NCBI GenBank assembly: GCA_951406725.2
Contig: OX597828.1
Location: 71,238,001-71,302,000, forward strand
Length of the DNA: 64,000 nt
From: Octopus vulgaris
Taxonomy: Eukaryota
Reading direction: 5' to 3'
Below, piece after piece: positions 12,408-24,160 of the stretch (positions are counted from its first letter, which is position 1; each line of letters opens with the position of its first letter). A program made the position numbers and the translations under genes. Under the pieces are notes generated by a model. It worked only from the letters and a program-made list of their open reading frames with translations, had not been told where the DNA came from and made no database searches.

Positions 12408-14103
12408 CAGACTCACGCATTCCTAGACAGGCACACACGTACCACAGAGGCAGGAATTCTTCAGTCAAGTGGGAAGGAGAGAACATATTTTTGCTGTATA
12501 CTGTACACGAGAAGGCAGCCTTATATATGTCTTCTGTTGTTTGATGTTGTGGTTGCAATTATTAGGTCGTTTAACACAGCTTAAACGATTGTAACAACAG
12601 CAACTCACAAACAAAATAGAGACGCACATGCTACACATTATTGTTATTAGAATTTTTGTTATCCTGAGTTTTAACACTAACTGTATTGTGTGCGTGTTGA
12701 ATACTTTTCAATCATATATCACATTTGATACGTGTATGTATGTGTATGTGCGAGTGTGTGTGTATAAAGATATGGTTGAATATGTATATATAAATATGAG
12801 ATATGATTAAGTATTTTTGTGCGTGCCTTTATATAAATATATGCCAGTCACAATTTTGTGTGGTGCCTTTTTATTTCCGAATGTAAGAAACGGCAGGGTG
12901 GGTGTGTGTGTGTAAAGATATGGTTAAATGAGTTTGTATATATATCAAGGAGAGGTATGACTTTATAATGTATGTACTTTTTTTATGTATATATCTGCAC
13001 ACATACACACACACAAACCAATTATGTGTGTGTTTGTGTCTGTACCTGTTCACATAGAACAACTCACAAGTTCATTCCCCAAGGACAAAGGCAGAAGAAG
13101 TGGGTGGCATCCTGTCGAAATCTACTGATTTTGAATCACTGACATGGATTTCGGCAAAACTTGTCAGAACTTTCCTCACAAACTAAAACAACGATGACTT
13201 GAAAGTTCTAAATATATATGGTGACTTTGAAAATCATGACTAAGGGCTTTCAAGATTTTAAATAGCAGTTTGGAAAAATAGAGCTGGCTGTGTGGTTAAG
13301 AAGTTCTCTTTGCAACCACATGGTTTCAGGTTCAGCTCCATTGCATGGCTCCTTGGACAAGTATCTTCTACTTTAGTCTCTGACCAACCAAAGCTTTGTG
13401 AGCGAATTTGATTGATAGAAACTGTGTGGAAGTCTGTGTGTGTGTGTGTGTGTGGTCGTTGCCAGTGCCACCGGACTGGCTCCCTTGCAGGTGGCACGTA
13501 AAAAACACATTTTGAATGTGGTCATTTGCCAGTACTGCCTGACTGGCCCTCTTGGAGTGGTTGGCGTTAGGAAGGGCATCTGTAGAAACTTTGCCAGATC
13601 AGATTGAGCCTGGTGCAGCCTTCTGGCTTGCCAGTCCTCAGTCAAGCCATCCAACCCATTCCAGCATGGAAAGCGGACTTTAAACAACAATGATGATATA
13701 TATATATATATGTATATACGCACACACACACACACACGTGTGTATATTTGTATGTGTTCACCTCAACATCAAATGTTAGTTTGTGTCCCTGTATCTTAAT
13801 AGTTTGGCAAAAGAGACTGATAGAATAATTACAACACTGAAACAAAATAGATGCCGGGATGGTTCCGCAGCATGGCTGCAGTCCAGTATCCAATGGCTGA
13901 AACAAGTAAAAGATAGATTAAGAAAATTAAAAATAGTGGCATTGAAAATCACGTACAGAACCTTTGGCAATTGTAAAAAGTGAATTTGCAGAGGTCAGTC
14001 TTTGAAGCTGACAGCGTCTTTATGAATGTTTGGTGCTGTGTTTTTTTTTAAAATGAGCTTTAACCATTCAGCATTCCCATTGTCAAATGTAATGCTTATT
14101 TTT

Positions 14104-14508
14104 ACTCTTTTTACTTGTTTCAGTCATTTGACTGCGGCCATGCTGGAGCACCGCCTTTAATCGAGCAACTCGACCCCAGGACTTATTCTTTTGTAAGCCC
14201 AGTACTTATTCTATCGGTCTCTTTTGCTGAACCGCTAAGTAACGGGGACATAAACACACCAGCATCGGTTGTCAAGCAATGCTAGGGGGACAAACACAGA
14301 CACACAAAGTATACACACATACATATATATATATATACATATATACGACGGGCTTCTTTCAGTTTCCATCTACCAAATCCACTCACAAGGCTTTGGTCGG
14401 CCCGAGGCCATAGTAGAAGACACTTGCCCAAGGTGCCATGCAGTGGGACTGAACCCGGAACCATGTGGTTGGTAGACAAACTACTTACCACACAGCCACT
14501 CCTGTGCC
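14104..14508 (-). mobile_element. SINE family A, young full-length copy nested in a piggyBac-type MITE
   Basis: Reverse complement of 8121-8533; flanked by a short tattt duplication. Confidence 0.85.
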
Positions 14509-14689
14509 TATTTATTCACATTGTTTTGAATTAATCCTGTGTTATTGTGCTGCTTTGAGATTTCAGTGATGTAACTGTTTATTTTTAGAATGACATTGTA
14601 GGTTGGGTGTGATAGTTTGGATCTGGTCGGTTTGAACATAAAACACGAAGAATGTTTAGAAGTGGATGTGGCCGATTTAGATGCTAAAG

Positions 14690-15022
14690 CTGGGGCTGGA
14701 GGAAAGGGGTAGTGCATGTGGCTGGGACTGGAGGAATGGGGCAGTACATGTGGCTGGGGCTGGAGGAATGGGGCAGTACATGTGGCTGGGGCTGGAGGAA
14801 TGGGGCAGTACGTGTGGCTGGGGCTGGAGGAATGGGGCAGTACGTGTGGCTGGGGCTGGAGGAATGGGGCAGTACGTGTGGCTGGGGCTGGAGGAATGGG
14901 GCAGTACGTGTGGCTGGGGCTGGAGGAATGGGGCAGTACATGTGGCTGGGGCTGGAGGAATGGGGCAGTACATGTGGCTGGGGCTGGAGGAATGGGGCAG
15001 TACATGTGGCTGGGGCTGGGGG
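14690..15022. repeat. G-rich 32-bp minisatellite, about 10 copies (tggctggggctggaggaatggggcagtacRtg)
   Basis: Direct period-32 repeat; explains the ORFs in all six frames here. Confidence 0.95.
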
Positions 15023-16507
15023 AAAGGCAGTGCCCAGTACTTCCTCCCTCAAAGTAAAGGCTTTTCCACCTGGAATCTCCTCCCTGCATAATAATTTGTG
15101 GAGGGCCTAGAGTGTTAGTCATAACAAGAGTGATGTTGAAAAAAGAAATAAATGGATCAGGATCACTTGGGCGAAGGTTTGTACAAACCCGATTAGATTT
15201 GAGAAACTGGATCCATTAAAACAAAAGAAAAGACTGAGAAAGATGTCAGCATGTCTCTGGGCTAAAGGGGTTAGGACGAGAACAGTGGAGAGAAGGGCTT
15301 CTTGTTAGGATGCAGCCCTTGCTATTTAAATAATGTTTTTGCCAGGTGTGATCCTTGATGATAGTGAGACTCAACACTTTGAGCAACTATGAGGGCTCAA
15401 GCTGAGTGCTACTCAAGTTTGGAGTAGGGCTCAGATGTGGTATGGTGTTTTCTCCATGTGAGCAGTGCAAATACATTCCAAACTAACCAGAAGGTAGTGG
15501 TTGTAGTGGTGGTGGTGTAACCCAGTTGAAATTAGCTTGTGTACACATGGCACTTGAGGTTTTCGTGAAAGCAGTGTCATCTCTTGGCTAAACAAAAGAA
15601 TTAAATAGTATTAAATTGGGATAGAGAACCAAAACCAAACATTCCTTTAAATCTATGAACAGCAGAGATTATAGTCTCTGCTGACAGAGAGAAATTGGTT
15701 GAAGTATTTACTATGTAGTCAAATGACAAGTTAAACCAGTGCTAAATTACTAGGACACTTTCAATGGAGTGGGTGGGGGGTGGAGGGGGAATAGGTATGA
15801 TCCTTCCCGAGTCATATAGACTCTTAGCACTGATTTCCATGGTACATGTATTCCCCCCCCCCCTGGACGGGATGCCAGTCCATCGCAGAATTAACTCATT
15901 TTTGTCAGCTGAGTGGACTGGAGTAACGTGAAATGAAGTGTTTTGCTCAAGAACACAGTGTTACCCAATCCAGGAATTGAACTCGCAATCTTAGGATCAT
16001 GAGCCCAACACCCCTAACCACCAAGCCACATGCTTTCACATGCAAGAGGGTGGGAGGAGGAAGGAAGAGAGAGATTTGGGAGTTTAAGGACTGGGATTGG
16101 TGGGGGGGTTTTTTTGTTTGATTCTATTGAAGTATTTTTGAATATGTGCATTGATTGGAACTAATTGCTAATTAGTTTCACTGTGAGGTCTTCTGTGATG
16201 TATATGTCAGGCATGGCCGTGTGGTGAAGAGGTTTACTTCCCAAGCACACAGTTTCACGTTCAATCCCACCTGGTAACACCTTGGGCAAATTTCTTCCGT
16301 CATAACCCTAGGCTAACCAATGCCTTATGAGTGGATTCAGTCAACAAACTGAAAGAAACCCGTCATCATCATTTAATACCCGTTGTCCGTGCTGGGATTG
16401 GTTGGACAGTTTGACCAGAGCTGGCAAGCTGCACCAGACTCCAATCTGATTTGGCAAGGTTTCTACAGCTGGATGCCCTTCCTGACGCCAACCACTTTAC
16501 AGAGTGC

Positions 16508-16930
16508 GCTGGGTGCTTTTGTGGCACTGCACAGGGGCTCTTTGCACTGGCACCACACTGGGGCTCTTTGCGCTGGCACCACACTGGGGCTCTTTGCGCT
16601 GGCACCACACTGGGGCTCTTTGCGCTGGCACCACACTGGGGCTCTTTGCGCTGGCACCACACTGGGGCTCTTTGCGCTGGCACCACACTGGGGCTCTTTG
16701 CGCTGGCACCACACTGGGGCTCTTTGCGCTGGCACCACACTGGTACTCTTTGCTTGGCACTGCACGGGTGCTTTTCCGTGGCACTGCACGGGTGCTCTTT
16801 ATGCTGGCACCACACTGGTGCTCTTTGCGCTGGCACCACATAGCTGCTCTTTGCTTGGCACCGCACGGGTGCTTTTCTGTGGCACTGCACAAGTGCTCTT
16901 TGCACAGCACCGCACAGGTGCTTTACACCA
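16508..16930. repeat. 26-bp minisatellite (ggggctctttgcgctggcaccacact), about 16 copies including degenerate ones
   Basis: Period-26 repeat continuing from a family C element. Confidence 0.95.
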
Positions 16931-18276
16931 GCAGAAGGATCAGTCTTAACACCTGCTGTAGGCTGGCCAAAGTATATTGTGTGTGTATATTCTGGGAAAG
17001 GGCAGGGAGGCAAGTTCATGGAAAAGTGGATGTTAAAATGACAACGATGATGATGATGCCCTTTGCTATAAGGTGACAGTGAGCCATGATATCCTTATGC
17101 TGTGTGCAAACAAGTAAGTGTTAATAAAAACCAACCAGACATTGTAATTAAAGATTACAAGATGTAGTCATTGTAAAAACATGGCTTTCAAATTTTGACA
17201 GAAAGTCAGCAATTACAAGGGGAGGGGAAAGTCAGTCACATCATCTTCGGTGCTCAATGGTTCTCATTTGCAATGAAAGGCAAAGTCAATCTCGACAGAA
17301 TTTGAATTAAAAATGTGAAGACGGACAAAATGCTGCCAAGTATTTTGTCTAGCATGCTAACAATTCTGCCCGTTTGCCACCTTAAATTATTAAGAAGAAA
17401 GAATATACATGCAAATGGAAGCATCTTTTACACCCTAATAGACATTAGGGATTAGTACTTAGTTTTAATTTAATGGCAGATAAGAGTCAAAGATCTCCTG
17501 GACAGGATGCCAGAGGTCTTGTAAGTAATTTCCTCAGATGGTTTGGTGTCAGTTTCCCCACACAATGTCAGTTGGGGTAATGCAGAATAAAGTGTTTTGT
17601 CCACAAACAACAAAATGCTTACAGTAGTTTACACAAACACACTATCTCTGACACACATTCTCTTTTATCTCTCTCTCTTTCTCTCACACACACAGTCTTT
17701 TACATGCTGTCCCACCTTCCCTTTATTTCTACTTCTACTCTCTCTCTCTCCCACGTTTCTCTCAGTGAATCACCAGTCACACCTAAGCATTACATCACCC
17801 AATGACAACCTACTCAACCTAGACAATATCATGCAGACTATAATATTACATATATCATAGTATATGCACACACACACACACACATAATTGATGCAGGTGT
17901 GGCTCAGTGGTTAAGAAGCTTGTTTCACAATCATATAGTCTCTATTGTGTGAGTGAATTTGGTAGATGGAGACTGAAATAAACCCATTGTACATATGCAT
18001 ATTTTTTTTTGTGTAGCCTTCTCCTGACATCATGTGATGGTTCCAAATCAGTATCACCACCATACCAGCAATGTTAACTTGTTTCCAATCTTCCATGGAA
18101 ACCTGTCTGGCTGTGGAGAAGTATCACCTTGGTCAATTACAGGTGAAGGTTGGTGAAAGGGAGTGCATCCAGCCGTAGAGACTCTCTACCTCAACAAATA
18201 CCCATTTACCCATGCAAGCATGGAAAAATGAACTTTGAAATGATGATGTTATAATACAGTTATTGGGTTAATTTCA

Positions 18277-18622
18277 GGTATGGTTGTGTGGTAAGAAGTT
18301 TGCTTCCCGACCACATGGTTCCAGGTTCAGTCCCACTATGTGGCACCTTGGGAAAGTGTCTTCTATTATAACGCTGGGCCAACCAAAGCCTTATGAGTGG
18401 CTTTGGTAGATGGGAGCAGAAAGAAGCCCATTTGTGTGTGTGTGCACGTGTGTGTCACAACTGGTATAGGTTTGTTTATGTCCTCATAATTTAATGGTTC
18501 AGCAAAAGAGATTGATAGAATAAGTGCCAGGCTTTAAAAAAAAGTACTAGGGTTGATTCATCTGACTAGAAATTCTTCAAGGCCCCAGCATGGCCACAGT
18601 CTAATGACTGAAACAAGTAAAA
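18277..18622 (+). mobile_element. SINE family A
   Basis: Same head, core and tail as 8121-8533. Confidence 0.8.
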
Positions 18623-19218
18623 GCTTAAAGAATCCAAGGAAATTTCTTCTTACCACAGTTGAACTTAATCATCAATAAAGGCATGCTCACACGCACACAC
18701 ACACACACATCTAACACAACCTAAATATGATATTTAAGGGTACGTTATGACGATGATATCTTCTGTGTTCAGGGCTGCTCCATTACGGATAGGAATGGTT
18801 TAGAAACTCTACTAGTCCATTACTGGTATTTGTTCTGCCAGACATAAACATAAGCCAGCTTTGGTGAATAACAAAATTCCAAACACAACTCCCTGTCCTC
18901 TTTACTGTTTCCTTCCTTGCTCTATCAAGTCAATGACCAACTTCTCCTTAGCAAACACTTTATCCTTGACATTGTATTTTTGTCAGAGACTACAAAGACG
19001 GTTTTCCTGTTGCCTTCCTTTAAGGACCTTTTTTTTTTTACCAGACATCGTCTTATCAGCTAGATACACTCGACATTTCCACACCTGTCTGAGTTACCAG
19101 AAAAGAAAGAGTTGGAACAAATTCCTAAAAGCATTTCATCCATTTATCTGTCCAGTTTCAACACTTTCTGCCAATCCATTTTCTTAGACTAGTGGTACTT
19201 TATCAACCCTGGAAGAAT

Positions 19219-19476
19219 TACAAAGTCTGATCAAAAAGTATCGAAACTGGTGCCATAAAAAGAAAACTACAGCACATAAGAATTCAGCATTTAATCTCCT
19301 TTGAAGTTGTCCATTTCTCAAGTCACACACTTTATCCAGCATTGTTTCCAGTGATGGAACCGTTCTTAGAACTCTTGTTTTTGGGATCGGTAGCAGCTGC
19401 CTCATTGCATTCTCTTAGATTTCCTTCATGTCTTGATATCTCCTTCCTTTCGTACAGGATTTCATTTTTGGAAAGA
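19219..19476 (-). pseudogene. Decayed mariner transposase C-terminus plus terminal repeat
   Basis: Minus strand translates FPKMKSCTKGRRYQDMKEI*ENAMRQLLPIPK..(frameshift)..F*ERFHHWKQCWIKCVT*EMDNFKGD*; TA plus mariner-like TIR caaagtctgatcaaaaagtatc at 19219. Confidence 0.75.
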
Positions 19477-19631
19477 AGCTAAAAAGGAAAAAAAAACACA
19501 GGTATCGCCAAACTTTTGGCTAAATTTGACACAAGTTCTCTGCTTGATTTTCACTGCCTTGGTCACTGATGGAACGTCTGTGGTGTGGTGTGACAACCAC
19601 ACTCTGCACACTTTACTTCCAGGCTCTGCTG

Positions 19632-19861
19632 TAACCCTTTCGATACCAACTCGGCTGAAACTGGCTCTGGTTCTGAATACAAATGTCTTGTTTTCATAAG
19701 TTTTCAGTTAAAATCTTCCACCACACCTTAGTCACAATTTATGCTCCAAACACTAGATTGATGGTAACTAAGTTATTTTACTATAAATTCTTTATTATAT
19801 TTAAAGTAATTGAAAGAAACACAGAGCATCTCAAAATAAATAACAGTAACGAAAGGGTTAA
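19632..19861. mobile_element. piggyBac-type MITE
   Basis: taaccctttcgatac...gtaacgaaagggttaa TIRs; body similar to 23936-24160. Confidence 0.75.
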
Positions 19862-21332
19862 ACAACAGAAATGAGCAAAAACATTACAACTGTGGATGTG
19901 CAACAGAGTTCAAAGTCAATCTGTGCCAAGTGGCTTCACTCTGTGTACTCGGTTCTCATAGCAACAGTTCCAATGCCTTATTGATCAGATCCCATAAAAG
20001 CAGAGTATAAAGAACCAGAACAAAATTGCAGCAAGACATTTCAATGCTCTGATTCTACCAATTGGCTGCTGGGTTCTTTTTTTTCCTTGTTTCTCTATTT
20101 CATCCTCCAAAACAGTAAATGGTGATGATGATGATGGTTAGAGTGAAACAGATTTGAAAGTTTCAAAAGTTTGACTAAAGCATATTTCTGAAGCACGTAT
20201 GGTATGTCTTCCTCTTCCTCCTCCCCTGCTGTCCCTCCCTCTTCCCCATCTACACCGGATCTCTGCAGGAAGTCTGCTGTTACCAGTTTTACAGTTGTAA
20301 TGCTTGTTGCCAATATTTGTTCAATGACTCAGTAGTTTCACTGCTTTGAAGATATTATTTAAAAGATTCCAAACTCCCAAACTAAAATTACTAAACACCA
20401 TGTCAGTTTATAAGTAATCAGATCACGTTAAGAGCGGCAGAGGGGCAAGGTAGGTGATGGGGGTGCAAGATTTTAAATTGGAGGTTTAAGGTGGCAGATA
20501 AGTCAGTTTGAGGTCAGCACTTATCGGAACAGACTTATGATCAGACTTTCCAGTCATGACCATCCTGTCTTTTTCCAAGGAGTACATTGTCCAATTTGTC
20601 CTTTTCTGAAACAGGGTGTGATTTGAGGAAGTTTTGGCTGCTATTTCCAGCAGTTCAAGATACAGTTAAGATCAGTGGTCCTCAATGTGGGTGGTATTTA
20701 TTTCTTTATTGCCCACGAGGGGACAGACAAAGGGATTAAGTCGATTGCATCAACCCCAGTGCATAACTGGTACTTATTTAATCAACCCTGGAAGGATGAA
20801 AGGTAAAGTCAAACTCCCACACAATACCAAGACATGGAAATCTGCACACACATACACGAAGGGCTTCCATCAGTTTCTGTCTTCTGAATCTACTCCTAAG
20901 AATTTGGTTGGCCTGAGGTTGGCTATAGTAGAAGGCACTTACCCAAGGTGAATCAAAGAGGGATAGAATTTGAAACCATGATGAGCTTGTGAAGCAGAAT
21001 TTTTAATCACACAGCCATTCACTTTGACATCAGCAATGTTTTCACTTGTGACTGATATGGTACTTTTTGGTATATTGGTCTGCCTCTATACTCATTTCTT
21101 TTCTCTCAGGGTTAGATTCCTCCTCTCAGCAATACTCATCCATTATTATATTCACTTAGCTACACCTGCCTCAAATTTCGGCCAATGCTTCCTTTATTGA
21201 TCCAGTTTTTCTCATCCTTCACTCTACACACTGTATACTTTCTTCCTCCCTCTTGTCCAATTAAACCACTCTCATCCTTCAACTTCAACACCTTGACAGG
21301 ACATCCTGCAATGAGGAGATGACAACTTAGAG

Positions 21333-21649
21333 CAGTGCTTCTCAACTGGAGTCCATAAAAGATTTTTGAGGGTCCACACAAGCAGAATAGTAAATTGGGG
21401 ACCCACAACAGAATATATCAAGGGTCCATGCAAAAGTGTTGCTTTAGATGTAATTTGTTGCAGAAAAACACTTAAGATTTCTTTTCTCTGACATTTTACA
21501 TAGTTCAACCTACACAAGTTAATTTATGAAAAGCAAAACAGGAATTTTGAAAGAAGTATCTTTTAAAACATTGAATGGCTATTGGGGGTCGAGCAGAATA
21601 AAATAGTAAACAAAGGGGTCCATAGGTAAAATATGGTTGGAAACCACTG
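21333..21649. mobile_element. hAT (Charlie-type) MITE
   Basis: TIRs cagtgcttctcaac / gttggaaaccactg; 8-bp TSD acttagag / acttggag. Relatives at 45373-45730 and about 22338-22588. Confidence 0.8.
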
Positions 21650-21897
21650 ACTTGGAGCCACCCAACAGACCCAAAATGTTTGGTTTGATGAATCTGTAGA
21701 ATATGTCCTCAGACGTGGTCATTAGTTATGGACAAATGACAAAAACCATCACAACCCTGTCAAACATTTGGCCTGACTCTTTCTGCTGAGTTGTCATAGT
21801 AACCATATATCTCATAGATGGATCTTCAGGGACAGAAAAAATACTTCAGTTCTAAACAACTATTGGTGTGATACAAGACACCTTTTCACTTTAGACT

Positions 21898-21936
<39 letters not shown>

Positions 21937-22740
21937 ATGGCATTCCACCCCATGCATCCATATTCTGGATCACAGCCAGAAAACAAAAACCTCACCCATC
22001 TGTATTCACAACACTACAACCATAACATTGGGGATGGGGCACCCCTTACTGTGTTTTCTTACTCTAACTACAATACTCATGTGAACCTGCTCACAGTATT
22101 ACGTCTCATCCTGAATCTGTTTCCCCTACCCCTCTCCTGATACCCGGCCCAGTCTCTTGGCCCTTCCTTCCCAGACACTGCCTTGTACTATTTTCCTCCC
22201 CAGAGCTGCCTACTCCTACAAATTCTTCCCTGTCTACATTTTTCTCCTCAGTCACTACTTTCAACTGTTCAAACAGTGCATCAGCTGAGTGGCCCCCCTC
22301 TACACCTATCTTTCAATCTATAGGGACCCTCTAAAGAAGTAGTTCCAACCAGGGCCCATATAACCCTTAGAGATCCTTATACAATTTTGTTCTTAAAGTT
22401 TTATCTCTCTATATAAACTGTTTATATTTCTAAAGTACACAAAATATTTTAACAATTTTTTATACATTTCTTAATATTTAATTCTAAAAATATAATTGCA
22501 TTTTTTTTTTTTAACATTGAGTGGTTATGGAAGTCCAGTAAATAGGAATCAAAAGGATCTATAGGGGGGAAATGGTTGGGAACCACTGTTCTAACAGTGA
22601 CAAGTGCTATTCTTTCTTACCAGAAGAACAACACTTGTAAATTATACTCTTCCACCCTACGCTCTTCAACAGAAAGGGACACTGAAGAAACAAGGAGAGA
22701 AAAAAATGTGTGTAGTGGCTAACGATCTATCATGGCCACT

Positions 22741-22772
<32 letters not shown>

Positions 22773-22775
<3 letters not shown>

Positions 22776-23093
22776 AATATTAGGGAATAAATCCAAATTT
22801 ACAGGGAAAAAAATCAGATTTAGGATTAAATCCAATTTTATAGTAAAATATTATATAATATTATTAGAGACAAAACCACTATTTTGCAAAACAAACAAGG
22901 AAAGACTTAATCAATACATAAAATTTTAATAAAAAGTCAAAAAAACCGCCACTACAATTGTTTCTTGTCCTGATCGACAATCTTCAGGTGGACTTCCAAT
23001 TTTCAAGTCAGTTTTTTTGACTTTTTATTAAAATTTTATGTATTGATTAAGTCTTTCCTTGTTTGTTTTGCAAAATAGTGGTTTTGTCTCTAA

Positions 23094-23105
<12 letters not shown>
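22773..23105. mobile_element. Fold-back element (perfect 95-bp inverted arms 22852-22946 / 23011-23105) in (TA)n; probable Penelope-like pLTR remnant
   Basis: Arms are exact reverse complements; the 64-nt loop carries the hammerhead; (TA)n on both sides. Confidence 0.75.
22949..22991 (-). ncRNA. Minimal type I hammerhead ribozyme (Penelope-like-element style)
   Basis: Minus strand reads CCAC CUGAAGA UUGUC gaucag GACAA GAAA CAAUUG UA GUGG: complete core, 4-bp stem I, 5-bp stem II, palindromic stem III and a GUA cleavage triplet. Confidence 0.8.
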
Positions 23106-23138
<33 letters not shown>

Positions 23139-23935
23139 CACCCACTACACTCATGGAGTGGTTGGCGTTAGGAAGGGCATCCAGCCGTAGAAACATTGCC
23201 AGATCAGACTGGGCCTGGTGCAGCCTTCTGGCTTCCCAGACCCCAGTCAAAGCGTCCAACCCATGCCAGCATGGAAAGCGGACGCTAAACGATGATGATG
23301 ATGACGATGATATGTACATATGCACACACATTCCTAATATGAGCATAAGGCTTGAAGTTTTGAGAGAAGGATTAGCTGATTAGATTAACCCTGGTACTTG
23401 GCTGGTACTTTATTTTATCCACCCTGAAAGGATTAAAGACAAAGTTGTAATGTCGTTATATTTGATCCTAGAGTCCAACACTGAAGATAGTCTCTGTCTG
23501 TTAGTTTTGAAGGACTGAACCCAATTAATGGTAGAACAATTCTGTAGATTTCTGTAGTAGATGTCAGGGCTGGATTTGAATTTAGTGAGAGCCTAACTTT
23601 TTAGCATTTAAAGTGGCTATATCTGGCCAAAATATTCTGTTTTACATTTAAACCAGCTAGATCTGGCTTCTCACACTTAGCCTTCAATGTCATTCTAAAA
23701 AAAATGAACAGTCACATCGTTGAAATGTTGATGCTACGAGATAATGTATGATTAATTCAAAGACAATGTTAATAAATGAGCATTACATTTGAGAGAGGAA
23801 TGTAAATAGCTTGGAGATCCCTTGTTAAAAAATTTCCCCAGACAGCATCACAAAAATTGAAAGTGTCTGCCTTTTTATTATCTTGCTACCCTGTGAGATT
23901 GTAAATCTCAAAACTGTATCTTGGTTAGCTCCTGC

Positions 23936-24160
23936 TTAACCCTTTCAATACCAACCTGGCTGAAACTGCCTCTGGCTCTGTAGTACAAATGTTTTGTTTT
24001 TATCAAGTTTTGAATTAAAATCTTCAAATTTTGGTCACAATTTATGTTCCTGACCCTAGCTTAATAACTAAGTTATTTTACTAAATTCTTTGTTATATTT
24101 AAAATTAATTGAAAGAAACACAGTGCATCTCAAAATAAATATGGTAACAAAAGGGGTTAA
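23936..24160. mobile_element. piggyBac-type MITE (TTAA|CCCTTT...AAAGGGG|TTAA)
   Basis: TTAA at both ends with short TIRs; sister copy at 19632-19861. Confidence 0.75.

Noticed and set aside
14508-15122. 98-204 aa ORFs in six frames
   Set aside because: Translations of a stop-free 32-bp minisatellite.
16369-17076. Cys/His-rich ORFs and a CRISPR-like regular repeat
   Set aside because: A 26-bp tandem repeat with no unique spacers, no cas genes, and a eukaryotic context.
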